NCBI GenBank assembly: GCA_047495785.1
Contig: JBLDXI010000020.1
Coordinates: 1,984,001 to 2,048,000 of the forward strand
Length of the DNA stretch: 64,000 nucleotides
Reading direction: 5' to 3'
From: Lepidodermella squamata
Lineage: Eukaryota; Animalia; Gastrotricha
The notes under the pieces were generated by a model, which saw nothing but the letters and a program-made list of their open reading frames with translations, did not search any database and was not told the origin of the DNA. Positions 37,364 to 51,316 of the stretch are shown one piece after another (the first letter of the stretch is position 1; each line of letters opens with the position of its first letter). A program made the translations under genes and the position numbers.

Positions 37364-38142
37364 TTTTAGTTGTATAATTTTTTATAATTTCACTGAACAG
37401 GACTGATTTTTCGCTTTTTCGATTGCGTTTCGCACTCGTTGTACGTTACACACGCGCGGCTGTCGGAGTCGAAAGTGTGACCCTGCTCGTAGCATGACAA
37501 CGCAACTGTTATGAAAGCTAGTTCAGAATATTTTTCAACCATCCGCGATCTGACAGCGTGGACCTATGCATATTTTAAATATTTCAGGCATTGTTTGTTA
37601 ACATATCAGGAACTATTTATCAATAGATATAAAGCTTTTATCGCCAGCAAAACAACTATTAGCTAATGAATTAGATATTACTGATGTTGAACTCGTGACA
37701 GACTGAATACTATACAACTCTTTCGGCGTGAGTAAAATCGAAGCTGGAAGATTGATTGATCTCGTAATCCTATTTTTATGAATTTGTTAGAATGACTCAT
37801 ATCCATTAGCTCGTTCAGTCCTAGCTTCAGTGAAATCAAACTTTCAAACTGTCAGCAACAAGGTCAATAAGAATATAATATTGAACCCAAAATGTATCGA
37901 ATCGACATAAATTGTCTTATTCAGTCCTTGAAAGTTATCCCTTCCCTCGCTTTTTTTAATAAATTTACTCCAATCAATGGGTACATAATTGTTATCCCAG
38001 CGGTGAAGGTGACAATTAAATCAAGGTATGAGCTGTTAATAACAATAACCTCGCTCTTTTTCTGAAGCAATCGATATCCTATTGCAAGGTGCGTGACGAA
38101 GAAAAACGTCATGAAATTAAAATGACGCAAAATTTCGCTTAT

Positions 38143-39789
38143 TTATGTCTTCGAATCTGGATCATCTGCTTTAGGTGGGCTGTTGACTCGAGCGTAGACG
38201 CGACCTTTCGCTGCAAGATCGGGCTTTCGAGCTTTTACCTCGGCGAAAGTGTCCTTGCGGCGGTCTGTTGATGAGATGATGAAAGTCAAAACCTGGGATA
38301 ATTGACTGACGCGACTCTCGACGCAGCTCGGCTCGTTCGGATATTGCTGAGATAAGTAGAGCAGGTGAATTTTTCGAAGCTTATCGCCAATTTCCTGAAC
38401 AACTTCAGTGTTTTTTAGGTTGGGGTGATCTGAAACAATTTGAATTTAATTTAAAAAACTCGCATTTAAAATTGAGGGTCCAGATTTGAATTTTTTTTTT
38501 AAATTTCATGAGCTCACTTCGGAAAACTAGGAGAGCCATCAGGAGGCAATATTCAGCGTTCGAAGGGTCCCATTTATTCAGCATTTTATTGACGTCTTCA
38601 GTTTCACGCTGCATGAACTAAAAAAAATGAAAATTTCAATTTTCAAAAATTTATGAATTTTTAATAAATTGCGCTTACGGAATATTCTGGAAAATGGCGC
38701 ATGAAAGCTTGCGCGTTAACGTTGTTCATACTCATCGGATGTACGGTGTGGCGATTTTGAACGACTGACATGGCACTGCCGCATTGGCCGACCAAAATGC
38801 TGCGATCACTGATATCAAGCCGGTCCAAGTCTGGTACAGCGTCTTGCATGAAGCAACTCGACACATTTCTAACAACTTGTTCGTGATGCTTTATGCCGTT
38901 TATCCAAGCCCTCTCGTCCGTACTAAAATCGAGAATTTCGGTTTTCAATGGAAGCTAAAAAATGATAAAAAGATAGTAATGAAACCACAATAATAATAAA
39001 AAATATTCACAATTTTCAGAATAATTCATAATTTTAGGCAAAGTTTCAAAAAATTAATGGATGGCTAATTAAAAAAGTTTAAAGTCATGTCATCAGAAAA
39101 TTTTATCAGAATCCGTCATCTTATGGTCATCTTGATAATTCTGGAAAATTTCAAAACTTCAAATTCGAAAAAATTATTAAAATTTTCAAACTGCAGAATA
39201 ATAACCTTTTCCATTTTTGAATTGAAATTCCTCCCGGCCGCGGTCACGAGTCTTAAAAAATCCTCATTTGACACCATTTGATGATCAATCGGGCTAGCCA
39301 AAGGTGCTCGTATCAAGCTCGTCGAGCTCAGCGAAGAAGATGATACCCTAGCGGCAGGGCTAATTAAGCCTTCAGTTGAACTACTCGGCTCCGCATTGGT
39401 CGAAATAGTCGCTGTTTTCTTCAGTTTTCGACCAAGATGTCGCATTCCAACAGCCAGGCATTTATCGAGTCGACAACGGGGGCAAACCAGGCGCCAAACC
39501 GTGCCTGAACTAGTCAGAACAGCCCGATCTTTCGAACATGGGCAATCGCGCTGGCCTGATAAACACTGAAGTGCTTCAATTTGGCTGCGATTTCGTTGAA
39601 AAAATTTCTGAAATTTTTTTATTAATTTTTTAATAATTTTAGACATTTAATTTTTACCTTGCAAGCTTCACAGGCCTGAACGCCGCATCGAATGCGGTTG
39701 TCGGTGATCTGATTGCAAACTTTGCAAAGTTGCATCTTTTTACCACTTGGATCGGTGCTGTCTTGAATTTGGCCTCTATCTTCGGTCAT
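38143..39789 (-). CDS. Atypical nuclear receptor 2 of the array, 5 exons
   Basis: MTEDRG...LCKVCNQITDNRIRCGVQACEACK|KFFQRN...CPRCRLDKCLAVGM. LBD exons LPLKTEI...VPDLDRLDISDRSILV...FPEYS|...WDPSNAEYCLLMALLVFR|NHPNL...QQYPNEP...KPDL, ending at TAA 38143. Confidence 0.85.
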
Positions 39790-40822
39790 TTTCAAAAAAT
39801 TCGAAATTGTAATGCACTGTCTTGAATTGAAACGTAATTGGCTTCAGTCGCGCTTCATACTGTCCCCAGTCACAGTTGACATGCTGTAAAATGAAACCTG
39901 GCTTAATTCGACCACAACAACTTGTCTCTATCAATTAGAATCGATGAATCAAGCGTCCATAAAATGTCACGCGAGTCCTGATGTGTCTCAGCTAATCATT
40001 TGATCCCTAGAATGGCGAGGACATTTTATGCGCCTAGACAACGCCACTGATGCGTAACGCGTATAGGTGACAACAAATTAACCCGAATTTTACACTAATA
40101 AACAAAGTCATCGCAAATAAAAATGTCCTCAAAAATCGCAAGTTTTCATGAATTTTGCGCGGGCACCAATTTGACCTCATTGTGGACAATGCAAAATGCG
40201 CTCTCGATTGCGACTCTAAAATGTGGTCACCATGGTGATCTTTGAAAGTTATTGCTTTAGACCTCACAGTGCGATTTCGATGCTCAGATTTTCACTGAAA
40301 TTATTGTCCTCCTTTCATTCATCGTTTTCCCCATAATAACGTCCTCGTAGCTGGATTAATATTGGGTATTTAGTCCGTTCTAAAGACAGTCCCTCGAGTA
40401 GACGTTTTACCTTGACTTAATTAGGCGGAAATGTCTACGCTATATCAAAATTTATTAGTCGTGACCGAATTACGCACGAGAAACGAAAATCCGCCGTAAA
40501 CAAATTAGTCGATTTTTCGAGGCTCAAAATGTTTATTTTTATATCTCCATAATCGCTGAGCAACAACAATGAGCAAGAGAAGCAAAATATCAAACAGATC
40601 GATGATAATAAGAGGAAAGAATTCCGAATCAATCTCTAAAACTATCCTGACAACGTATATCTTCTTATATCACAATTTATAAGGACAATAAGTATCTTTT
40701 ATTTCAGGCTAATTCTATGCAAAGTTAAGGATTTCTATTTTTCTCACCGCTCATTCATCTTTTTGATAATAAAATATACAGATATTTACGATGGGACAGT
40801 CAAGGGCTTGAAAGGGTTCCGA

Positions 40823-43800
40823 TCACCTGGTCATCGCAGAGCCAGGAGATGGCGGCGGCGGTGATCGGTTTTTGTTGCTATTTGTCGAAAAATCGTAAGG
40901 ATGGCAAGTCGGGTTGGTCGCATTTTGAGTAGTATCGGCGACGCTCGACTCGCTGTTCGAGCTAATATTCAACGTATCGCTGCTGCTGTTGCTCCGGTTC
41001 ATGCCCTGACTAGCCCCGTTTGAGTAAACAGTATTATACAACTTATTGCCAACGCCCATTTGTAGAAGGTCCGGTCGCCGTGATCGCAGTGACTCGAATG
41101 ATTCTAGCCGATTTGGGACAGTTGACCGAATTATGTCGGCAACTTGAGATAATTGACGCATTCGAGCTTCGGCAGCTGTTGGATCGTTCGGATACTGCTG
41201 ATTAACCACGGAGTGATGAACAGTGCCCAGTTGCGAAACTATGTCCTGAACTTGAGCGGGATTCGAAAGACCTGGTGCGTCTGAAAACATAAAATTTTCA
41301 ATTGAAAATAAAAAAAATCCAGCTTAAAACAATTTTCAAGATTTTGAAAGGGTAACTTTGGGCACATCAGCTTTGCATGCGAATAGCTTTAAAAAACCGT
41401 ACAGTGAAAGCACAGGGTTTGTTGTTTGAAAGATTTCTATCTTTCGAATTTCCCAAGTCCCAAGGCGATTGAAGCAATTCTCGATTTTTTTTCAATTTTT
41501 GGCGAGACAACTCAAATCCCTCATATCGTCAAAACAATAGATTATTTCGGGTATTCGCATGAAGTTCAGGTGAAAATCGGGTAACCTTGGTTACCAACGC
41601 GGCTTCGAAATCGATTTTCTCAATTTATTTGAAATTAGTTTACTTGATGATCCGCCACCTACTGCTCAAAATTTTTCCGAAATTTGACCCAAGGGTCAAT
41701 AAAAACTAAAAATATGCCAATGCGTATGCAAATGAGCAGCCCAATTTACCTAATAATTGTTTACAAATAGGTATGTTCCATCGCCAAAAATCAGGTAAGA
41801 ATCGAAATATCAGAGATATTCGCAACAAAAATCGGGAATCCCCGTAAGGTTAGGGTTTAGGGATAGGTTTAGTGTTAGAATTGGAATTTTGTTTAAAATA
41901 TCAGAAATTTCTGAATTAACACTCATTTTTAAACCCAAAAAACTTTGTTTTGTGCAAAATTAAGCCAATTCTAAAAGAATTAAAAAGGCCACATCGCTTA
42001 CTTTGATACAACAGCATCGCCATCAGCAAGCTGTATTCGGCTGGAGAAGGGTTCCAAGCGTTCAGAGTTTGGTTGATAGCCGCCGATTCAGGAGCAGAAT
42101 ACTAAAACAAAAATATTCAATAAATTAGTCACAATAGTGATAACACTGAATTTGTTTGATAAAATGTGTAATTTTGTAGCGTGCTTACTGAGAATTCAGG
42201 GAATAATCGTAAAAAATTGGTGGCATTAAGTGAATTCATGCCGAATGGCGCCGGTGCCTGAAGATTTTGCGCGACCGACAGCGGCGATATCGCCTTAGAG
42301 TAAAGAAGGCACCGGTCTTCGGCGCTCAGCTGTTCGAAGCCTGGCAGCTGATGGGCAAAGTTCATCACCGATCGTGAGACCTCGGTATAATGACGCATCG
42401 TATCCTGCCAGGCCTTAGTTTCGTTTGTAAATGAAGCTATATTCGCTCGAAGAGGTAGCTTCAAAAACAAATTATTTAGTGATTTGTTCAAATTTAAACG
42501 ATTTTAGGGTGTTTGAAATGATGGATGATAGGTAGCAAAAACGTTTCATTACCGATTCATAGCGTTGTGAAAGCTCGCGAGCCGCGTGAACAGTGAGATT
42601 CAGCATTTCTTCCTGTCTAGCTCCTTCCAGTGTCATCGGGCTTTTCGGCGTCATTGTTAAAGGCGTTAAAGGCACCGCCGGACCTTGCTGCATCATCGCC
42701 GCCAGCCAGGCTGGGTTCGGCGGCGGCGGCGCCATCGCAACGGGCCGAATCGGTGGTTTACTCGCCAAATCCAGCGGCGTCGGCGGTCCGGCGGCAAGAT
42801 TCGAACCAGACATTTCATTCGACGCTAATAGGCCACTCGAGCCAGCCGCCATGGCCCGCAACAGGTTTTGATGGGCCGGGGTAAGCTGCGCGAAACTCAA
42901 CCCCATCGGCAGCGAGTCCGGGCTGTTTTTGTTCCGGCTACCCGGCCGGCTACCGGGTTTCTTCACATCGGCCGGCGATCGGCGGCTATCACTGCTTTCA
43001 TTCAAGTTACGAGGCGAACTCGACGACGATCGAGTTGTCGAGTCGAAGGAGTCGATATTGCTCGTTGACGGTTGGTCGTTGCTCGAGGCCGATCGGTTCA
43101 GGTTCAAATGCTTTGATTGGTTCGATGATTTCACACTCGCAGATCCAGCTAGGGGTGATTTACTCGTTTTGCGGCCGAGAACTCGCATGCCGACCGCGAG
43201 ACATTTAGTCAGGCGGCATCTAGGGCAAACCAGCCGCCAAACGGTTCCTGAACTCGTCAGGGCAGCTCGGTCGTCCGATAACGGACAGTCGAATGTCCCG
43301 GACACGCATCGCAAGCCATCGGCATTTTCGCGATTTCGTTGAAAAAATTTCTGAGAAAAAAATATAATTAATTTTGCGAAAAATTAATCAATTTTGTATT
43401 GTTCTTGGAACTTGAATTTTGAACACTCTAGGTTGTCTTACGACTGTAACTAATTAGGTATGTCCCCATGTTCCCTTCGAGAATAGGACAGCCTAGAGAA
43501 CACCCAAGCGAAAAATTGCATTAAGAATTGAATTTGGGCAAAATGTTCCGAATGACTCGTTTCGGTCAGTAATTAACAGGGACCTAGTAGGGAAATTATA
43601 GAGGTATACCTTGCAAGCTTCGCATGCCAAAACGCCACATCGGATGCGATTCACGGTAGGCTGATTGCAAACCTATAAATCGTTAGATGAAATAAATTGA
43701 ATAAAAAATGAAATAACTGGTTCATACTTTGCAAAAGACAAGCTCGAAGTTCGACGGTGTTGACGTTTGATTGACCATTATTTTATTGCTAGTAGCACCA

Positions 43801-43856
43801 GAGTCTGAATTCGCTTCGACTGTTTCACTTTTTTCTTCTTGATCGACACCAGTCAT
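40823..43856 (-). CDS. Atypical nuclear receptor 3 of the array, 6 exons
   Basis: MTGVDQ...FCK|VCNQPTVNRIRCGVLACEACK|KFFQRN...CPRCRLTKCLAVGM. LBD signature VMNFAHQLPGFEQLSAEDRCLL, then WNPSPAEYSLLMAML and a last exon DAPGLSNPAQVQ. Confidence 0.9.
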
Positions 43857-46800
43857 GTCACAGAGTCACTTATCGCCGTTATTCACAAAGATAAAAATAG
43901 TCTCCCTAAAAAATCAAAGGCGTTGACGACATTATTCCGCAAGGAAACCCAGCAAAAAATGAGCAAGACATGCTAGTAGTGTTGTGAAACATAATTGCCA
44001 ATTAGACATGGAAGGGCCGTGGCGTCCGTCGTCGTCGCATTCGCGGGTCATGTTGTCCTCGCTTTATTGCTGCAAATGAGTGCAAAAACAAGCCACACGT
44101 GGTAATAATACTACCACTTGTCTGGCTGCAATAAAAAGCAAAGCTCTAAGTGTCCTTTAGTCGCGTTACACAGAAGGTATTCGATTTTAGCGATTAGATG
44201 GGCGAAATAAGAAAATTATCCGGCTAAAAAATGTCGCAAGATAAGAAAATAAATATCGCGACTGAGTTAACAAAAATCCTCCTCAAAACTTAATTAAGAG
44301 GCGTTTTGGCTTGCTTGCGCGTCATTACGACACCATAATTCGATTGGACAGGACTTATCTTTATGATATACGATGAATGTATTAAAACTGCGGGTAGATA
44401 CTGAGTACTACCTTGCCACTTTCAATTAATTCCTAGTAATTGGGCTGATGTCGAAAGCATAAAAAGCGACACATCGAGGGAGAGAATAATGTCCTGAACA
44501 ATTGTCAGTATTTGACCGCGCCGCAAGAATGCACAAGTTAGATGACTCAAACTGGGCGAAATCTAGGCGCTGATACTGAAACAGACACACGATATAGTGA
44601 CAAACTTAATCGAATTTACAGCGAAGGGCAGGCCGAGTTGTCCACTCAACTTTTCACCTGGGTTGATTTTACAGTAAACCGAAGTTTTTCCCCGAAATAT
44701 GAGATTGGGCCAAGAAACTGAACTAGAAAACTGCGGTCAACAAAATAGCTTCAGTGTTCAAAATATTCCGCTATAAACTATAGCCCCCGACAAATCAGTT
44801 GTTGCAGTATGTTTTCAAAGCTTTCTATAAGGACAAGATGAGTAGCTTATCTATTGTTTTCGACAAATGCGGCTCGTTAGAAGTGTCTTCTCGCACACAT
44901 CTCGCCGTTCAAAGCAAGTTATCGAGAAAAACAATTAGTTCAAGCTGTTCAAGTCGCCTCCAATTTGACAACACGTCCGTTGGAATGAAGCTTTTTGAGT
45001 TTAATTACGGAGTGTGTGGCTATTTTCAAGGAGAAAAAAGGGTCGTCGCAATGGAAATTCAACAACAAAAAATCGAGAGGTCAGAAGATGATGACAGGTT
45101 AATTTAATTTAACAAATAAGAGAAATTTACCTGATCTTTCGGTTAACAGTATCTATGTGGCGAATAAGACGCTTCCTCTCAAGAATCAAAATTTGGAATC
45201 GATTCGAAAATCGAGAATTAATTTGAGAAAAAGTCACACATTTTATTTTAATATTTCTCACTTTTTGCTAAACGTCGCAGAGTTGTCCCCAGGTTATATC
45301 CGGGTCTATGACATAGCGCGTCCATTGAGTAGCAAGAAACATACCTCATCATAAATATCCTTTTATTAAATGACTAGTTTCAGAGGTAAAATCGGAGAAA
45401 ACTCGATGTCCGCGAGGTTGGAGTGAATAACCGAATTTTCTTCCTTGAGCGGAATAGAACTCAGAAATAGCGCCTGGTTTTAAACCCGTTATGGGGTTCC
45501 CAAGTCCGGGTCCGAAATTTTGGACACGAGGGCAACTCCGCTTCGTCGAATTTTTAGCGTTTAATTATATTAATTTTTCATAGGAAATTAGAAAATTATT
45601 ATTAGAAAATATACTAGAAAATTAAAAAATCACGGACCATTATTGCTAGTTAGTCGGAATACTTACCAACTGTAAAAATGCTTCGATTTTTTCTGAATTT
45701 TTCTAACCTCATGAAAAGCGACTAGAATTTGCGTATTGCGGGGCCGAATCATGAAACTTTCTGCTTGAAATGAGACATGCAGCATGAAAAGGGACAGTAA
45801 TTTTTCTGTTGCACCACAAAAAAGGTGACTAGGCGCTAATAAACAATAAACTTAATACTATTCAACAATCAAATTTTAAATTTCAAATTTCTGGCAGTGA
45901 TACGGAACCTACGGCGCGTCTCAAATATGATAAAATAATTTGTGAAAATTGATAATAAATCGCGAAATCTTTGAAAATTCGCGCACAATAAATTTATTTG
46001 TAATTTGGCTCGGCTTCCAGCCAAATTTGGCCAGAATTACTAGCCAGCTTGCGTATAAATCAAAATTTTCATTAATCGCATGTCTCATTAGGAAATTTAG
46101 GTAGCAGAATTAAAGTAAAAAATGCGCGAATATGGGTTGATTAATTCAACTCGCCTAATTAATGGTTAATTATTGAAGCCGTTCTGCCTTGGAAACTTAC
46201 TATAATTCCTTCGCGACCTCCCAGCTTGAAGCCATTGAAGTATCACAGAAAGGGACAGAAGTAAGCCACAGAAAATCGTCAATTTTCTCAGTTTTACCAA
46301 TTGCTAGTAAAAATTAATTGCAAATAATTTCGGAGCGTAAAAGGTAGAAGATTTGGCAGATAAATCATGTTCGAACAATGAACATCAGTATCGTATAGCA
46401 GTATCGTGAATAACTCGTCCTTTAATGTGTCGTAGTAACAATTTTCATGTGGGCTCAAATTGTCCTCTTTGCAAGTCACGTGGTTTCTATTTTAATGACG
46501 CACTTGTTATTATTTAAAGGACGATGTGCCCCATATCACTTGCAACGCCTTATCCGGACCATCGCCGTGTTTTTTCTTGGTCACATGAGCCGGGAAAATT
46601 TCATTCAGTTAGGACGTTTACTTAATTATAAACATTTTAACAGCAGAAATGCTTCAAAATTCGCAAAAGCAGATACATTTTTTAATGCCGAGTATGTGTC
46701 CATGCTGCTAGGTAGCCAAGATTTTATAATGGAATTTAGGTATTTTATTTATTATAATTCGATTAAAACATTTTTTACTTTAGAAATTATATAAATTTAT

Positions 46801-48382
46801 ACGTATCCTGGTATTCTAATGAGTCAACAATACTGTTTGTCGCTGATGGCATTAGGTCGAAAGTCACGTGCTTATCGCTCGTGATTGGTGGTCAAGCAGG
46901 CGTTCGAGTCACATGATTGTAACCCGCAGCTTAAAAATCACGGGGTTGACTTGGCCTTATTCGCAATCGCAGTTCTTGATGCGTGATTTTTATTTCCGGC
47001 ACCTTTTTTCATCGAACAAATAATTTTTTCATCAATAACTAGGTTTTTCATTTTTTTCGTCTAACCACGGATCTTTTCCAACCAATCAATCAGGGCTAGA
47101 GACAAACTGGTTTTTTCGACTAAAGAAGCTTGGGGTGATGAATCCAACTCTCGCTGTACGTGTCCAGTCACATGGATTAATTTTTTGCAGCATTTTTCAC
47201 TCCGGTAAGAAATACCATAGACCTCGTTAGCAGGGTAGTTGAACGGCCAAGCCGAAGCACTTTCGATAGAAAAATCAAATGTGGCCGAATTGAGGCCTGT
47301 AATGGCGTATTACATCTTAGAGGACACTTGGGCAATGGCCAATATTTTAGAACAGTAGCTAAATAGTTGAAAACGAACGGAATAAACAAAAAATTAAACA
47401 TTTATTTATTTTCGCGACAGCAATTTTGGCTAGATGAAATTTGTTTGGCACAAAGACAGCATAGCCGCACCTTTTGGCGAAGAGCGTTGATTGGATTCTT
47501 GAATGGTGCATAAATCAATACAAGGGCTCATGCCAAAATTATAGGATTTTTTCCGAATTATAGCATCCATCTTGATTTTACGGAGAATTTTCTAACAGTT
47601 TACTTCGAAATTAGTGTCTGGAAAATGAAGTTAAAACGAATCATAAAAAATCGAGGATAGCTAAATGCTGGCACGCCATTTCTTTGTTGACCTAATTTTT
47701 TTAAAGTGTGACTGGGGACACCAAAAACGTGTATGATGACGTTGAAATGGCACGGCAAAGAGAGATAGCTAAAAGCCAGCTTAAAAATAAGTTTGTTGAA
47801 ATATATTCTACATTTTCAGCAAAGTTTGGGGTGATGTCTAGTTTTCTGCAATTTTGAGAATTTCTATATTTTTTTACCTGATTAATGCGGCGCCTTAAAT
47901 TGAGTTTGGCTTTCTCTGGAATATTAGCGGATAATTTTGGGCACCCATTTGTAGAGCATCCTTGCCACTTCTTGGGTTTTTCTTACTGTGCCAGCCATAG
48001 GTGACATTTTAGAAAATATTGGGCTATCGAATGCCGGTTTCCGCAAGTCCAGCCGATTTTACATTGGTTAATGGTTAATTTTATAGACACCTGGACTCCT
48101 CGCCGGAATTGGGAATACCGGGTGCCGTAATTTCGGCTACCTCATCTAGTTACGCGATTTCGAGAGTGCAAATCGCGTTTCAAAAATCACCCTTCATGTT
48201 TTTTGGCACATGCTTGCATATTATGCATATCTTTTTCCTCGAGTCACGTTTCATGACGTTCTTGAACCTGGTGACCCAACAGATAATTTAATTAATTTAA
48301 TTAACTTTATTTAACTGCGCTTTTTTATTAAGCTCACAAAAATTGATAGAAACCAAAATAATACATGCATGTATGCGCATGT

Positions 48383-50862
48383 TTAGCCATTTTCAGTTTT
48401 TATATTGGCAATTTCTTTGCTTTTCTGCTTCGACGAATGTATTTCACTGTACAGCTTATTCATCGCGAGCAAATGGGGACATCGCTGAGTCATCCGCTTG
48501 AAGGAATCAACCCGACGGAAAGACGCCTCCCGCAACTTGATCAACGCGACCATCATTCGATTTCGTCGATCAGCAATGGCACTGGAATCGAAATTCTGGC
48601 TGAGATAAGCCTCGTAAGATTTCTTGAGTCGGCTAATTGATTCTTCGATTTTAGCAGGATCGATTAGCAGCGGATCGGGTTGGTAAAACAGAAAGGCTAG
48701 GAGATAGCCGAACTCAGCCTGAGACATTGGCGGTTTCCAGTCATGGAACATTGACCAAAGATCACGAGCCTCTGGAACTGCATACTTTGATAGGGAAATA
48801 ATTGTAAAAAATGTTTAGAAAATTTTGAAGCGTACAGAAAATTCTGGGAAATTGTGCAATAATCCAACTAAATTATTGCTCGAAATTCCAAAACTGCAAG
48901 GCTCTCCTTGTTGGTAATTACTATCAGCAGCCAAAATCGATGAAATCGAATTTGAGAAGAGGACACAACGATCCCTGACGTCAATGTCCTTATAGCCTGT
49001 CAAAAATGAGATCAAATAATAATGAATTTCGAGCGAAAAAATGGTTGTCCGAAACCGGGTAATAATCGCGAGAAATCGGTCACGTGACGCGCAATGCACT
49101 CGAATTGATGCATCGATGTCAACCAGGCGGTGACTTGATCGCTGAAATCGCCAATGTTTACTTTGAGAGGCAGAGAAGCGAGGGCGTGGCGGATAAAGCC
49201 GCCGGCATTCGCGACAAACGTCAAATTCTCCTCAGCTTCGTGGCTTTCTGATTGAATCGGGTTGCGGATAATTCGATCACCAGTATTTATCCGTTTGCGA
49301 TTTTCTGAAGAGGGATCCTTTTTCGCGGCTATACTTTTCCTTCCTAGAAGATCATAATTCAGCCCAATTAAATATCAATGAGGTGCTTGGTTTGATTTAA
49401 TTTACCTTGAATTCGCATTCCAACCTGCAAACATTTCCGGAAGCGACAACGTGGGCAAGAAAATCTAAGGGTAAAACGCAGAATTTGAAGTAAGGTTGCT
49501 GTTTAATGTAAATTACCGCCAAACCGCTCCAGTTCCGGTGACTACGGCACTTTCGTCGCTTTCAACCGGGCAGTCATTGGTTCCAGAAAAGCAGCACAAA
49601 GAGGCCTCGGATTTACGATTTCGAAGGTAGAAGCGCTAAAAGAATAGGAATAAATTATGATCGTAAGCACAAATGCAAGATCCAAATTTGTTACATTATT
49701 TCCGCTACTGGTATGTCTATTTATGCAGCCGAAGATTGAAATGGAATCAATATTGGCCTATGCCATATACCTGAGGAGCTAACTACGACACTTTGACACG
49801 TGGAATATTTCTGATATTGGATAATTATATTTTCAAATTGACCGTTGACAAGTGAAAAGTGGGGCTTATCGAAATTGTTGACATCGTGAAATGTTGATGC
49901 CACTTTCAAGATCAACGAACGAGGAGTCGAACAATATCAAAAAGAGGTTGATAGTCATCTCAGAGTTACTGATGAGGTTACTGATGGAATCAAGCTACAG
50001 CTTCCGCGTCAACCTAAATCGATAAAACCCTTTTCGACGACACTTTGTTGTCTTTTGAGCTGGATGGGAGTATGAAAATTCAAACTTCTCAAGAAAAAAC
50101 TGAGTAAGTACATCTAGGATTCCGAGAATCGACCATCTTCAAGCCAATATACACATTTTTCCATATGCAGGAAAATACAGAAAAAAGCGTTTGGCCACTT
50201 TTCACTTGTTGACGGTCAATTTATAATTCTATTTAAAATCGATATCGGCTCGTCGGGAAAAAATTCGGGAAAAACGTAATATCAATGAAAAAATTCGAAA
50301 ACTGATAGTTTTGTGCCAGTTTTTGAAATCTTTTATTTCATTCGAATCCGGTTTCTCTAAAAAATATTTCTCTAAAAGAAATTATCTAAAAAATACAATA
50401 GTGAATTAAAATTCGAATCCTTGGAAGAAAAACAGAATTTTGGACAGCAATTGATATAGGGTGGTGGGATATAAAATTAAGGCGGGCTCTCAACTAATTA
50501 TTCCTCCAGTTATCACACCAAAATCAGAACTCGGAGTCATTCAACCGCAAATTAAACATTTTGATGGTTTCCTAAAAATTCAAACTTATACCTTGCAAGC
50601 TTCGCAAACCATTGCCCCGCATCGAACTTGCTTTGAAGTCGGCAAATTGCATACCTTGATATAGGTTATTTTACTTTTAAGAAATAGATTCTAACATTTT
50701 GTAACTTACTTGGCACTTCACATTGGTAATAGTGCTACCATCCTCTTCCGGCTTACTCCCATTGTTTTTCCAAGCGCTTTCGCGCCCATCTTCATCGCTC
50801 GCTTCAGTCATCGCGTCATACAAATCCTCTTCGTCTCTCAATAATTCGAGCAGGCTATACAT
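48383..50862 (-). CDS. Atypical nuclear receptor 4 of the array, 7 exons
   Basis: ...VKCQ|VCNLPTSKQVRCGAMVCEACK|RFYLRN...GAVWR|FSCPRCRFRKCLQVGM. LBD signature VTDFSRLLPG|YKDIDVRDRCVLF, then WKPPMSQAEFGYLLAFLFYQP and AF-2-like KLYSEIH. Confidence 0.88.
49836..50221. mobile_element. Intronic foldback/MITE-like element
   Basis: aaattgaccgttgacaagtgaaaagtgg and ccacttttcacttgttgacggtcaattt. Confidence 0.6.
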
Positions 50863-51316
50863 CACCTGCTGTCACTATTTATCGGCTTTCGAACCGCGGA
50901 CAAATGAAAAATTAGATTACTTTACAAGGTGTTGATCGAATTCCTAAGCTGATGATGATGTTAATTATTCTTCGTAGTAAATGCAATGCTTCTTCTTAGC
51001 ATTTTCATTCAATAAACGTCAACATCTGATAATATATAATGTGACCGTGACCTAAAAAGACCACTTCTCATAGCAATTATGAGTCCTACTTTTATCACGC
51101 ACGTGCTGTCTGCGGGTTTCGTCTAGAAAAAATATGTTCCATCAAAATAATAGAATAGGTAGAAGTGACAAAAAAATTTAGAAATTTCCAGCCAATTATT
51201 TATTTTCAAGTAAATATATAACATCAAATTTATACACGTCTAAAACATTGCAATAAATTCGAAAAACTCGAAACTGAAAGAAATGAATATAAACTGATTT
51301 TTCCAGGTCTTTGATT

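Noticed and set aside
38360-38380. Possible frameshift in the last exon of NR2 at an A-run
   Set aside because: Recounting gives five A residues, which keeps the frame (LRKIHLLYLSQQYPNEP) aligned with NR3.
44000-48300. A further NR gene in the 4-kb gap between NR3 and NR4
   Set aside because: No CEACK exon or LBD signature was found; the short ORFs there look spurious.
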